From positions 1-58,036 of the forward strand of contig CAZSWP010000025.1 in assembly GCA_964610875.1 (NCBI GenBank): a DNA stretch of 58,036 bases, in the 5' to 3' direction. Of the stretch, positions 29,778-40,176 are shown piece by piece. Made by a program: the position numbers and the translations under genes. Position 1 is the first letter of the stretch. Each line of letters opens with the position of its first letter. This DNA is from an uncultured archaeon (GTDB lineage Archaea; Asgardarchaeota; Thorarchaeia; Thorarchaeales; Thorarchaeaceae). The notes below the pieces were generated by a model. That model worked only from the letters and a program-made list of their open reading frames with translations, was not told where the DNA came from and did not search any database.

Positions 29778-30566
29778 TCAGTTGAAAAGATTCTCCTTTT
29801 CCAGTCTATCAATCGCAGATGTAGTCCACAATACAAGGCGTCCAGCATGTGTTCCCGGAGCTAATAGTTCAGCGTTCAACCCATGTACTTCGACAACATC
29901 GACACCTGGGAGGTTCCTTGCAGCCAGACTTACACCCCGGTCTTCACCAATGACAATTAAGAATGCCTTGGGAATCTTCATCTTTCGACCACGCATCTTA
30001 CCCTTTCCGGCTCTGATACTACGGCCATTTCTTGCACGTTCAAGGTCAGCTTCAAGACCCAAAGAAACCATGATTTCTTTGAGCTCTTTTGTGGTTGATA
30101 CGGTTTCTAATCCGTCATCTACAATAAGTGGTAATTGTGGTACCGATTCCACTCGATGTCCACGTTCACTGACTCTGTCCAAGCTTGCACTTGCCGCAAT
30201 GGCTGAACGGATTGCCAATCGATTCTCCCGCTTATTTATTCTCTCCAGAAACACCTTTCGGGCTTCAGGTGGATGTGCCACACGACCACCGACAGTACCT
30301 GGAGCAAATCCTGCTTTGTTAGCAGCAGGTGTTCCACTGCCTTTGATTCGTGGCATACGTGAACGGCCATGTCCCGTCTGCCAGCTCTGTGCTGTGTTAC
30401 GTTTTCCAGCCAATTCGTCAACACCATGTGGTTGTCTTTGTTTAGATTGGAGTGAGAGTACAGCACGCTTGATCAAGTCAGGTCGGTAAGGCGTGTCAAA
30501 CTGAGAGGGCAGATCGACCTTATCTTTTGATTTTCCCTTTAGAGAATATGTCTTCACACTTGTCAA
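29778..30566 (-). CDS. rpl4: 50S ribosomal protein L4 (uL4)
   Basis: RPDLIKRA, GGRVAHPP, LAPGTHAGRL. Confidence 0.96.
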   Translation of the reverse strand: MTSVKTYSLKGKSKDKVDLPSQFDTPYRPDLIKRAVLSLQSKQRQPHGVDELAGKRNTAQSWQTGHGRSRMPRIKGSGTPAANKAGFAPGTVGGRVAHPPEARKVFLERINKRENRLAIRSAIAASASLDRVSERGHRVESVPQLPLIVDDGLETVSTTKELKEIMVSLGLEADLERARNGRSIRAGKGKMRGRKMKIPKAFLIVIGEDRGVSLAARNLPGVDVVEVHGLNAELLAPGTHAGRLVLWTTSAIDRLEKENLFN

Positions 30567-30582
30567 TTCGATTTCCCTCCAC

Positions 30583-31587
30583 TTATTGCTTCGAAGTCGT
30601 ACTGATGTAGCTCACCGGACGTGGTTCACCAGTATGCTTCTTCTTTGGACGAATAGCATAACGGATTCTAACAGGTCTCTTAACTGGACCTGGCACCGAA
30701 CCCTTCAACATAACATAGTCACCGCGAATGATTCCATAGTTGACGAAACCACCATCAGGTGTAATTTCTTCTCCTCTTTCTCCAAGTTTCAGAACTTCAT
30801 TATTGAAGCTGGTACGAGTATGGAATCCAGTCTGTCCAGGACGTGGTACAGTGTACCGAATATTTGTAGGACTCCATGGTCCTATACAACCAACACCACG
30901 CTTTGTCTTTCGTGATTTATGTTGAAGTATCCTTACACCCCATCTACGAACTGGTCCTTGAAATCCATGGCCTTTTGTTACAGCTATCGAGTCAACAAGC
31001 ATTCCTTCCTGAATAATATCGGCAATTCGAAGGTCTATACCTAGAATGCTCTTTGCATACTCAAACGCTTCTTGGGCATTTGCTGCGCCGACTTTGTATT
31101 CCATCACATCAGGTTTCTTTTTGGGTACTCCTGCCAACCGTGGTTGGGTGTGTACAAGTACACGGATTTCCCTGAAAGAGTCTAGTTTCTCTTCAAACTC
31201 CTTCATTTTTGCATCCTGATCATAATCCTTAGGTAAAGGCATTGCTCGCCGGAGGTCATCTGACAGATTATCTGCAAGGACCTCAGTTTCAAGATTGAGC
31301 CCGTAAGGACTGACACTGTAACCCCTAATAGAGAACGGTCGTATTGGTGGTGTGTCTATCACTGTCACTGGAACAATAGACTCTTGTCCTTTGTATGGAC
31401 TGTCTTTGTTAGTGACCGTCACCACGGCATGTGTCATTCCTGCCTTGTATCCGACGAAGCCAAGCAGTGTTGGTTCGCCCTCGTACTCAGGCCAGTTCTT
31501 GACCCTTGGTACGAACTTGGAGGCTCTACCTCTTGGCAGATAGGCAAGACTGCCTCTCCTTGGTGCATTCTTCTTTCTATGCGCCAA
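30583..31587 (-). CDS. rpl3: 50S ribosomal protein L3 (uL3)
   Basis: HRKKNAPRRGSL, GYKAGMTH, TKGHGFQG. The true start is TTG 31587 or ATG 31596, not 31749. Confidence 0.96.
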   Translation of the reverse strand: MAHRKKNAPRRGSLAYLPRGRASKFVPRVKNWPEYEGEPTLLGFVGYKAGMTHAVVTVTNKDSPYKGQESIVPVTVIDTPPIRPFSIRGYSVSPYGLNLETEVLADNLSDDLRRAMPLPKDYDQDAKMKEFEEKLDSFREIRVLVHTQPRLAGVPKKKPDVMEYKVGAANAQEAFEYAKSILGIDLRIADIIQEGMLVDSIAVTKGHGFQGPVRRWGVRILQHKSRKTKRGVGCIGPWSPTNIRYTVPRPGQTGFHTRTSFNNEVLKLGERGEEITPDGGFVNYGIIRGDYVMLKGSVPGPVKRPVRIRYAIRPKKKHTGEPRPVSYISTTSKQ

Positions 31588-31720
31588 TGTTAACATCCTG
31601 CAGTTTTGCAGCTTAGCGCCAAAAATCATTGAAATCCAATGTACGCTGGCTACTAAACTATTCTTACTGCAGTCCTCGCCAAGACTTAGTGTGTTTTTAA
31701 AACCTTCCTTGCAGACGTAT

Positions 31721-34087
31721 TCAGAATCCCTTGTGTGTAGTTCGAGCAATTATCTCGTTCTGCAGTTCTTTTCCAATATTCACAAAGTAATCACTATACC
31801 CAGCAACTCTGACAATCAAATCCTTATGTTTCTCAGGATGCTGCTGGGCGTCAATCAAGGTTTTAGCTTTTATGACATTGAATTGGATATGATGCCCACC
31901 GAGTTTGAAATAGGACTTCACTAGGTGTGCAAGTTTCTTACGCCCCTCTTCATCAACAAGAGCTTCAGGCATGAACTTTTGATTGAGTAATGTACCTCCT
32001 GTTTTCGAATGATCTATCTTTGCAACTGAGTGAATAACAGCGGTTGGACCTTTCTTATCAGCGCCATGACTTGGTGAAATTCCATCGGATAATGGCGTGC
32101 CTGCATTTCGGCCGTCGGGTGTTGCACCAGTAACGTGCCCGAAATAGATGTGAACCGTTGTGGGAAGTAGATTAACTCTATACTCTCCCCCTTTTGTATT
32201 CGGACGGCCATCTACCACATCGAAGTAGGCTTGAAATACAATCTGGGCAATTTCATCAGCATAATCATCATCATTTCCATACTTTGGAGTCTTGTTCAAG
32301 AGTTTCATACGCAATACTTCATTGTCCTTGAAATCACACTTTAAACCATCAAGTAGGTCTTCCATGCTGATATCCTGTTTGTCATAGATGTGGTACTTTA
32401 TCGAAGTTAACGAGTCTGTAATAGTTCCCATTCCTACACCTTGGATATATGTGGAATTATAACGTGGTCCGCCATTATGGTAGTCCTTTCCTCTCGCGAT
32501 ACAATCATCAAAGAGTAATGACATGAAAGGCACAGGCATGAAGTCTGCATAGAGTCTCTCAATGATGTTGTTTCCCTTGATTTTGATATCAACGAAATAA
32601 TGTAATTGGATTCTATAAGCAGTGAGAAGTTCATCGAACGTCTTGAACTCCAGCGGGTGTCCGGTCTTCGGTCCTACCAGTACTCCAGTTCTTGGGTCTA
32701 CACCATTGTTCAGAGTTATCTCAAGAATCTTTGGCCAATTGCAATACCCTGTGAGAATACAGCTCTCTTTTCCAAACGCACTAATGGTGACACAACCACT
32801 CGGTCCTCCTACTCTCGCATCCTCTATGGATTTGCCGGCTCGAATAAACTCCTCGATAATGATATCCGTGTTGAACATGGATGGTTGACCGAACCCTTCC
32901 TTTACAACATCTACTGCTTTCAGGAGAAATGAATCAGGATTCTTCTCACTAAATTGGATACAGACACTAGGTTGGATCAATCGCATCTCATTACATACTT
33001 CGAGGATGAGATAAGAGAGTTCGTTAACACCGTCTTCATTATCAATAGTAACCCCCCCGGTGTTGATTAAAGCAAAATCTTGGTATGTGCCACTCTGCTG
33101 CTCTGTGATATCTACTTTTGGTGGTGCAGGTTGATTATTGAATTTCACCCAGAAACATTGCAGGAGTTCTTTGGCGTCCTTTCTAGTGAGATTACCATCT
33201 TCGATATCCTTTGTATAGAAAGAGTATAGGTTTAGGTCAAGTCTGCCTGGATTGAAACTATCCCAGACGTTGAGTTCAGTAATCACACCAAGATGAATGA
33301 ACCAGTATGTTTGTAGAGCTTCCCTGAAACTGCGAGGTGCATTAGCAGGAACATGTCGACAGATCTTGACAATTTCATGGAGTTCCTTTTTTCTATCTTC
33401 ATCTTGTTCTTTTTCTGCTAATTCTTCAGCTAAGTCTGCGTGTCTTTCTGCAAAAGTGATGACGGATTGAGCAGTTATCATCATAGCCTTCAATTCTTGG
33501 TCCTTTGTGTAAGCTTCAATGTCATCAAAAAAATCAATTTTCTGTCTTGCTTTCTGAATGTCCTCCATAAAATTTCGAAGACCTTTTCGGTATATTTTAC
33601 CGTCCATTATTGCATGACCCGGTGCTCTTTGTTCCATAAATTCTGTGAACACACCTGCTTCAAAGGCACGGTGCCACTCTTCAGACATGGCTTTGAACAC
33701 TCTTTCGCGCATTGATTTTCCCTGCCAGAATGGGATAATCTCTGTCTGATAGGTTTCTATCACTTCATCTGTTACAACAAATCGTGAACGTTCGCGTGCA
33801 TGAGATATTTCAAGATCTTCTACTGAATGACAACACAACTCTGGATAGGTGGGCGTTGCACGTGGACTTTCTCCTCTCTCCCCAACAATAAGCTCACCAT
33901 CATTTATGTAAATCTCTTTATTTTCCATAATGAACTTGAACGCTAATGCTCTCTGAACAGGTATTGATTCTGTATCGGCTATTCCACTCTTATAGAAGTC
34001 TGTGAGAAGCTCAGCTCTCTCCGTCGAGATGAAGGGCTCTGTTTCAACACTTTGCTGTCTTAGTTGTTTTACTCTTTCTGTGAGCAT
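31721..34087 (-). CDS. Glycyl radical enzyme, HypD (trans-4-hydroxy-L-proline dehydratase)-like variant
   Basis: RVAGYS glycyl loop, SGCV Cys loop, and HypD-type blocks FTEFMEQRAPGH, NNQPAPPKV and LPTT. Confidence 0.9.
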   Translation of the reverse strand: MLTERVKQLRQQSVETEPFISTERAELLTDFYKSGIADTESIPVQRALAFKFIMENKEIYINDGELIVGERGESPRATPTYPELCCHSVEDLEISHARERSRFVVTDEVIETYQTEIIPFWQGKSMRERVFKAMSEEWHRAFEAGVFTEFMEQRAPGHAIMDGKIYRKGLRNFMEDIQKARQKIDFFDDIEAYTKDQELKAMMITAQSVITFAERHADLAEELAEKEQDEDRKKELHEIVKICRHVPANAPRSFREALQTYWFIHLGVITELNVWDSFNPGRLDLNLYSFYTKDIEDGNLTRKDAKELLQCFWVKFNNQPAPPKVDITEQQSGTYQDFALINTGGVTIDNEDGVNELSYLILEVCNEMRLIQPSVCIQFSEKNPDSFLLKAVDVVKEGFGQPSMFNTDIIIEEFIRAGKSIEDARVGGPSGCVTISAFGKESCILTGYCNWPKILEITLNNGVDPRTGVLVGPKTGHPLEFKTFDELLTAYRIQLHYFVDIKIKGNNIIERLYADFMPVPFMSLLFDDCIARGKDYHNGGPRYNSTYIQGVGMGTITDSLTSIKYHIYDKQDISMEDLLDGLKCDFKDNEVLRMKLLNKTPKYGNDDDYADEIAQIVFQAYFDVVDGRPNTKGGEYRVNLLPTTVHIYFGHVTGATPDGRNAGTPLSDGISPSHGADKKGPTAVIHSVAKIDHSKTGGTLLNQKFMPEALVDEEGRKKLAHLVKSYFKLGGHHIQFNVIKAKTLIDAQQHPEKHKDLIVRVAGYSDYFVNIGKELQNEIIARTTHKGF

Positions 34088-34254
34088 CGAGCTTAACTTC
34101 CCTTCATGTTCAAGCTAGAACACAACTAGCACGAGTTTCTAATCGCATCACCTAAAAAGGATAATCTTCTATCTGTTTCAAGTAATTCGAACAAAACAAC
34201 CTTTAATGTATAAACACATGAATGTGCTCTCCTGAAAAGAGAACGAGGTTATGA

Positions 34255-35280
34255 ATGATGAAGTTCATTAGAGGTCTTCGAATACTACTCACGAATACAT
34301 GGTACAACTACAGTTTCCTCCTTGCCATGATTTCCACAGGAATCATCTCTGTCTGGTTACTAACTATTGGCTCTCTCACGCCCAACCTCACAGACCCGGT
34401 TCAAGGCCTAGCAATATCCATTGTGGTTTCCTTCCAGTATTTTCTGATGACTTTAGTAATTCTCTCACTCATTCCTCGAACTAGGAATATGTTCTTTGAG
34501 GGTCCTAGAAAGTTACAGTACCAAATTTTACTTAGTATCGTTTTTGTGGCAATTTTCATGTTACTAGGAGGTCTATCTGCAATTGCAGGTCCATATGTTG
34601 GTGCTGCCCTTGCTTTTGGAGACGCTCTTGTAACGGCATTCTTCACAGTTCTACTTGGTTGGAATGTAGGTAGGGGTATCATGGAACGGTTGGATGGCAA
34701 GACCAAAATCAAGTGGATCCTGTTCTTCGTTTTTCTTGTCGTAGATATCATGATTTTTGGAGCTGGTTACATGTATCTTGGTCTTGCAACACTACCTTTT
34801 GAGCAACAAATTGTGATGTTACTATTCCCATTATGTGCTGTCATTCTCCCTATCATGACAATTATGCTTCGTGAAGACAATAAGGGACCTGAGCAGACTT
34901 CCATTCTCACACTCTTTCTCTTTGGAATGGGACTATACTATACAGTCAGACTTGTGAGTATTGCAGACCCACAATGGACTCTTGTGGACATACTCATACA
35001 ATCAGTTCTTCTTATCTATGGTCTCTCATCCACCACAGTCAAGGTCCATGAGGATACAACACTTCGTCCGATGACTGCAATCACCGTTCTCTTACTGGTC
35101 ATCCTTGCTCGTGTTGGAGCACAAGTCAATAGATTACTTGCTGCTGCAGTTGGTTTTGGTAATATTGTCCAAATTGGGATTGTCAGTTTCACCATCATGA
35201 ATCTCGCAATTCTTGGACTCTTAGTTCCTGTATATTGGATGTACAGATACAAGAAAGGCACGATGACGCAGGTCGCATAA
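34255..35280 (+). CDS. Polytopic membrane protein, unknown function
   Basis: 341 aa with about 10 hydrophobic helices. Confidence 0.8.
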   Translation: MMKFIRGLRILLTNTWYNYSFLLAMISTGIISVWLLTIGSLTPNLTDPVQGLAISIVVSFQYFLMTLVILSLIPRTRNMFFEGPRKLQYQILLSIVFVAIFMLLGGLSAIAGPYVGAALAFGDALVTAFFTVLLGWNVGRGIMERLDGKTKIKWILFFVFLVVDIMIFGAGYMYLGLATLPFEQQIVMLLFPLCAVILPIMTIMLREDNKGPEQTSILTLFLFGMGLYYTVRLVSIADPQWTLVDILIQSVLLIYGLSSTTVKVHEDTTLRPMTAITVLLLVILARVGAQVNRLLAAAVGFGNIVQIGIVSFTIMNLAILGLLVPVYWMYRYKKGTMTQVA

Positions 35281-35321
35281 TTAATTTGGATACGCTTGTG
35301 GTAAAGACTTGAGAAGGAATC

Positions 35322-36140
35322 ATGCCAGAGTTACCTGACATCCATATTTTGGCTGAGAGTCTGAACCAAGCTCTTGTTGGTAGACATATCGACAACGTAA
35401 GTGTACACCAGCCCAAATGTCTGAATCTCCAACCTAGTACCTTCAGAAAGAAAGCCAAAGGACGACGATTTGAAGGCTTCAAACAACGTGGAAAATGGAT
35501 ACTAGCACAACTTGATCAAAGCCTAACTCTTGCTCTAAATCTTGGAATGGGTGGTGATATCCTCCTTCATAACTCTGACAAAAAACCCAACAAAGAATAC
35601 CATCGCGTAGTAATCTATTTGAACAATAAGCAATGGTTGGGAATTCACCATTGGTGGTTTGGGCATGTACATCTTATAGATACCAAGAAACTAGACCTGC
35701 ATCCACAAATAGGCAGTCTTGGTATTGAACCACTTGACAATGACTTCACAGTTGAAAAGCTAGAAGAAATGCTAAGCAAGAAGCGAGGACGCATCAAATC
35801 CTACCTTCTTAATCAGAGATTCGTTGCAGGAATTGGTAATGTCTACATTCAAGATATACTCTGGCGTGCTAAACTGCACCCTGAACGACCTGCCAATACT
35901 CTTGGCCAGAAGGAGATTAGACTTCTTCACTCATCTATACAAAAAACCCTGAGAGAAGGAATCAAGTATGGTGGAGGTCCAAAGGAGCAGGATGTCTGGG
36001 GTAATGAAGGACGGTATATGAAACACAGACCGATTGGCTATCGTACTGGTGAGCCCTGTCCAACATGCGGTGCTACTATTGAAGAACTCCGTGTTGGACA
36101 GACTACGAGCTACATTTGTCCTCAGTGTCAAGCGATGTGA
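35322..36140 (+). CDS. mutM: Fpg/Nei-family DNA glycosylase
   Basis: N-terminal PELP, RGK, LGMGG, H2TH GIGNVY and C-terminal CPTC..CPQC finger. Confidence 0.9.
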   Translation: MPELPDIHILAESLNQALVGRHIDNVSVHQPKCLNLQPSTFRKKAKGRRFEGFKQRGKWILAQLDQSLTLALNLGMGGDILLHNSDKKPNKEYHRVVIYLNNKQWLGIHHWWFGHVHLIDTKKLDLHPQIGSLGIEPLDNDFTVEKLEEMLSKKRGRIKSYLLNQRFVAGIGNVYIQDILWRAKLHPERPANTLGQKEIRLLHSSIQKTLREGIKYGGGPKEQDVWGNEGRYMKHRPIGYRTGEPCPTCGATIEELRVGQTTSYICPQCQAM

Positions 36141-36191
36141 GCATCTTTATCGGATAGCCATTCAATTTGAAGTATCAGGAGTGTATCAAAC

Positions 36192-36560
36192 ATGATAATT
36201 CGTAGAGTCCAAGAATCAGATAAAATTGTAGCACTGGATGACACAAAAGTGAGAGAATTTCTGAATCCCCATCATGATGAAGAAGACTTACACCTTGGGT
36301 ATAGTCTGGCTCATGCTTCACTAAAACCTGGTCATTCATCACTCCCCCATAGATTCAAGGAAGCATCCGAGGTCTATTACATACTTCGTGGTTCGGGTAT
36401 TATGCACATTGACAATGAAGTAGAAACGGTGGTGCCTGGTGACACCATCTACATTCCACCAAAAGCAGTTCAATGGATTGAAAGCATTGGTGATGAGCCA
36501 CTGGATTTTCTTTGCATCGTATATCCAGCGTGGACCCCTGACTCTGAAGAACTTGTTTAA
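36192..36560 (+). CDS. Cupin-domain protein
   Basis: PH-x5-EVYYILRG and PGDTIYIPP motifs. Confidence 0.88.
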   Translation: MIIRRVQESDKIVALDDTKVREFLNPHHDEEDLHLGYSLAHASLKPGHSSLPHRFKEASEVYYILRGSGIMHIDNEVETVVPGDTIYIPPKAVQWIESIGDEPLDFLCIVYPAWTPDSEELV

Positions 36561-37045
36561 TAGATGAAGAGAAAATAATCTCACATAATTGACGAGTCTA
36601 TAAGGAAGGAATCCAACACGACTACGATTCATAATGGATGATGTACATGGGAATATTGGTGTTGTCTATGACTGTATTGAACGTATGATTTCCGAAAATG
36701 GATATGCTCCCCTAACCGTTCATTGTAAGTTGGACATATCTGGACACCGGAGTCTTGTCCGTCCAGAAATGGTACTGGAACATCACTCCGTAGGGTCAGC
36801 ACAATGGTGTCAGGTGACCTAGGAACTTGTTCCGTTCAGAAGTATATAAGATTCCACCAAAAATGTTCAGATGTGTCTAGAATTTTCGCAGCTGTAATCA
36901 ACCCTTTCTGAGCTTATAAAATATATACGCAATCTGATTGAAATAGGACTGTACTGTTGATTCTAGGCACAAAATTGACCCTTTTCTTGCATTACATCCG
37001 CTTAAATATCCAGAATTGTTTTTCTTTACCGAGAGTGTTCCTCAG

Positions 37046-37921
37046 ATGGATGATTATCTTATCGTTTGCATATCAAAACTGGCAAGAATTTTTCGTTCAC
37101 AGTATCTGCATCAAATGAAATCATCCGCTGAGAAGATACGAGAAAACTGGTGGGAGGCGTTTCGATTTGCCTCAGCAAGGTTTCTTCTACGTGGGCGATC
37201 CATCATATCATCTTCAAGGATTCAATATATGATTGAAGAAGCAATACGCGAACACTTAGATGTAACCTCCGAAAGCCTGTCTTCAATATCAATGCATGAA
37301 TTGGAGAATGTGAGGAATTTATTCTCGCAAATGTCAATTGAGGGACGAACATACAAACGAAAAATCGATATCGAGATGCTTTTTGGGTCAAAGAAGAAAG
37401 ACTCTTCAAAAAAGGCCGGTCTTCTACACTTCATTTCAAAATTACCCGAATCTAATATAGTCAAGCATAGCCTAAAACAAATTGAGAGTGGAAAGATAGG
37501 ATCTCATTATAACGAACTCATCTCTCTATGGGGAATTGGAAAGACTGCTGCAGCTATATATCTTCGGGATTTAATTGATCTATATTTTGACACTATTGGC
37601 AAACTCGTCAGAACTCCAGATGTGTTAGCGTATGCACTACCTATTGATTCATGTGTCCAGAAAGTTGCCAAGGATGCTGGACTGGATTTAGGAAGCTCAT
37701 CACAACTACGTCAGGCAGAAGCCCTTGCGGAAGCATGCCGTCAGATAACCATCTCTCATAGGTTAGCTATCAACTTCACGCAAGGTGCATCGTGGCTGTG
37801 CAACAGTTCTGTTGATGCTTCTCTTGAGTTTCTAAAGAGATGCAATCTGTCAGATAAAGATCTCGAAGTGATAGAAAAAAGATTAGAAAAGAGCTACATT
37901 CCTGATGAAACTAATGAATAA
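37046..37921 (+). CDS. HhH-GPD-like DNA glycosylase-fold protein
   Basis: LWGIGKTAAAIYLRD helix-hairpin-helix and ALPID motif. Confidence 0.55.
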   Translation: MDDYLIVCISKLARIFRSQYLHQMKSSAEKIRENWWEAFRFASARFLLRGRSIISSSRIQYMIEEAIREHLDVTSESLSSISMHELENVRNLFSQMSIEGRTYKRKIDIEMLFGSKKKDSSKKAGLLHFISKLPESNIVKHSLKQIESGKIGSHYNELISLWGIGKTAAAIYLRDLIDLYFDTIGKLVRTPDVLAYALPIDSCVQKVAKDAGLDLGSSSQLRQAEALAEACRQITISHRLAINFTQGASWLCNSSVDASLEFLKRCNLSDKDLEVIEKRLEKSYIPDETNE

Positions 37922-37942
37922 AATGCTGATTCTGTTATACGT

Positions 37943-38239
37943 TCAAAGATCTTGAAGCATCGGACGTATTTTTCCATAGAAATCTGCTAATACTTTGGAT
38001 TTCTCATCTTCAGCTTCAAGAATAAAGAGGCGTATCTGTTCCCCAGCTTTTATCTCCTTCACAATGCCCATATCGACCAATGGCTGCATTACACGATGAA
38101 TAGTTGAATGTGCAAGCCCGGTATCTTTTGCTATTCTACTGAGATTAAAGAACTCCTTCGGACGTTCCAGAAAGTGTTGAACTACTCTTGTCTGAGCGCG
38201 TGATGCAAAGATTTTCTCTAGCAGTTTTACCATTTTCAT
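37943..38239 (-). CDS. Winged-helix transcriptional regulator
   Basis: NLSRIAKDTGLAHSTIHRVMQPLVDMGIV. Confidence 0.8.
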   Translation of the reverse strand: MKMVKLLEKIFASRAQTRVVQHFLERPKEFFNLSRIAKDTGLAHSTIHRVMQPLVDMGIVKEIKAGEQIRLFILEAEDEKSKVLADFYGKIRPMLQDL

Positions 38240-38254
38240 GAAGCCTCCATAATC

Positions 38255-38944
38255 CTATGTTTCGTGTATTATTCTTGTCCCGAGTTCTTCTCCACTCACT
38301 AATCGTTTCAAAGATTCAGGATTTTGCCCATTGAAAATCACCGTCTTGATATGTGACCTTTCAACTACTCGTATAGCGACGGGGTCGAATAGTTTGTACT
38401 CGCCAGCACGGGTTCCACCACCAGCAAGTATCTCTCTTAACTCCTTGATACTCACCTTATCTAGCTTCTTCGCATCTCTTTCTTTGGGATCTTTATCATA
38501 GACGCCGTCAACATTGGTTCCATTTAGTAACAGGTCAGCACGGAACGCTTCCGCAGCAAGTGCTGCCACAGCATTTGTTGACTGTCCTGGTGTGAGTCCC
38601 CCCATCAAGACTATCTTTCCTGTGGTCATTGCTATCTCTAAATCATCAAGGCTCTCTGCAATTCTAGGATATGCAATATCTCCTAAAGCTGCACTAAGAA
38701 GTTCTGCATTATTTCGAGCTAATTTGATTCCCAGCCAGTCGCATTGTGCTTCATTTGCCCCCAGTTCTCTCGCCGCACTAATGAACACTCTAGCCGGTTT
38801 GCCTCCACCAACAACTATCACGAATCCATGATTTTGGGAGTATAATTCTCTGAGTACTTCTGCATATTGCTTGATTCTATCAAGTATTACTACTCCTGAG
38901 GAGTCGTAAAGTAATGATCCACCAAGCTTCAAGACCACCCGCAT
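38255..38944 (-). CDS. pyrH: UMP kinase
   Basis: KLGGS, VVGGG, PGQST, NVDGVYDKDP. Confidence 0.95.
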   Translation of the reverse strand: MRVVLKLGGSLLYDSSGVVILDRIKQYAEVLRELYSQNHGFVIVVGGGKPARVFISAARELGANEAQCDWLGIKLARNNAELLSAALGDIAYPRIAESLDDLEIAMTTGKIVLMGGLTPGQSTNAVAALAAEAFRADLLLNGTNVDGVYDKDPKERDAKKLDKVSIKELREILAGGGTRAGEYKLFDPVAIRVVERSHIKTVIFNGQNPESLKRLVSGEELGTRIIHET

Positions 38945-39129
38945 TATGGTTTCTCCCATATTCTTCTATCTGGTATGCTTCCTTGCCAGCTTAAAGAAGA
39001 TTTCTTGAATGAACAAACTCGTCGATATTTCGAAAATAGACAAAACAATAACTATTACAAGATTTAATACAATGTCTTTCATCCTAACCAGTTTATATGA
39101 TAACGGTATCAATAGAAATGACAGCATAA

Positions 39130-39996
39130 ATGGTGATAATAATGATGAAAAGGAGGACTAGTCTTCTCAGCACGCTAATTCTTGTTGCGTTTATCGGTTT
39201 TGCACCAATGATAGTTCATGCAGACATCACTGGGAATACATATTATTTTTCAGCTACATGGAATGAAAAGACATCACAGGTTGATTCCGGTCCGGTATAC
39301 AAATCAACTGTAACTGGTCAATTTTCTATCAATATTTATAACATAACTCCAAGCGATTTGTATGAATATTCTTTCAAAGGTCAAAATTACATTCATCATC
39401 AATATTCTCCATATTATGATGAGCAAAATGATACTGTTGACTTCCAAGATAATCGAGTGTACTTTGATGTAGTAACAACTGATAGCGATAATGACAGTAG
39501 ATCAGAGGTCACAGGATTTGTGGTATATCCCTATTTCACTCACCACCTTCCTGGAAACATGTTCTTTGTAAATCCTGTTTGGAGTCTTCATAATACTGAG
39601 TGGAATGATGGAATATCTGCTGCGGAAGATGATGACACGGTATCGTCAGTATCTGGTTCTGCATCTGAGGGAATTTTCTCAGCTGATATTGTAGTGGATA
39701 TTGAGATGGGCTCTTCTTTATTGGGAAACCTAACTGGAACACTGAGCATAGAGTTTGATGCATCATATGACCAAGATGGTGTTCTATCAACATGGAGTGT
39801 TGTACGGATTAGTGATCTGAGTAATGAAGAGCATAGTATCATTGAAACCGAAATCCAACGTTTTAGCCGAACCTCCTCTGCAGGATCTGGTGTTGTGTTC
39901 GATTCCACAACCACTACCGCAATTGGACTGGTTGGAGTTGCAGCAGTTGGTGGTATTGTGTTGGGAGTATTGATTGGCAAGAAATATTGGGGATGA
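39130..39996 (+). CDS. Secreted, membrane-anchored surface protein
   Basis: Signal peptide, acidic Ser/Thr-rich body, C-terminal TM helix followed by KK. Confidence 0.8.
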   Translation: MVIIMMKRRTSLLSTLILVAFIGFAPMIVHADITGNTYYFSATWNEKTSQVDSGPVYKSTVTGQFSINIYNITPSDLYEYSFKGQNYIHHQYSPYYDEQNDTVDFQDNRVYFDVVTTDSDNDSRSEVTGFVVYPYFTHHLPGNMFFVNPVWSLHNTEWNDGISAAEDDDTVSSVSGSASEGIFSADIVVDIEMGSSLLGNLTGTLSIEFDASYDQDGVLSTWSVVRISDLSNEEHSIIETEIQRFSRTSSAGSGVVFDSTTTTAIGLVGVAAVGGIVLGVLIGKKYWG

Positions 39997-40176
39997 AATC
40001 CTAACATCTGCATTGAAAGGTTCTGTACAGCGCCACAGAACCTACTTCTCTTTTTTCCTGAATGAAACAGATGGTCAATAGGTTTTGTCCATAACCCTTT
40101 TAGGAGCCGCTCAAATCGCGAATCGCAAACGGACAGACATTGGTCCACCTTGCTGACATCAAGGAGATTGGATGTT

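Noticed and set aside
31588-31749. N-terminal extension of L3 in the ORF track
   Set aside because: L3 homology starts at AHRKK. The extension overlaps the GRE stop and the probable promoter.
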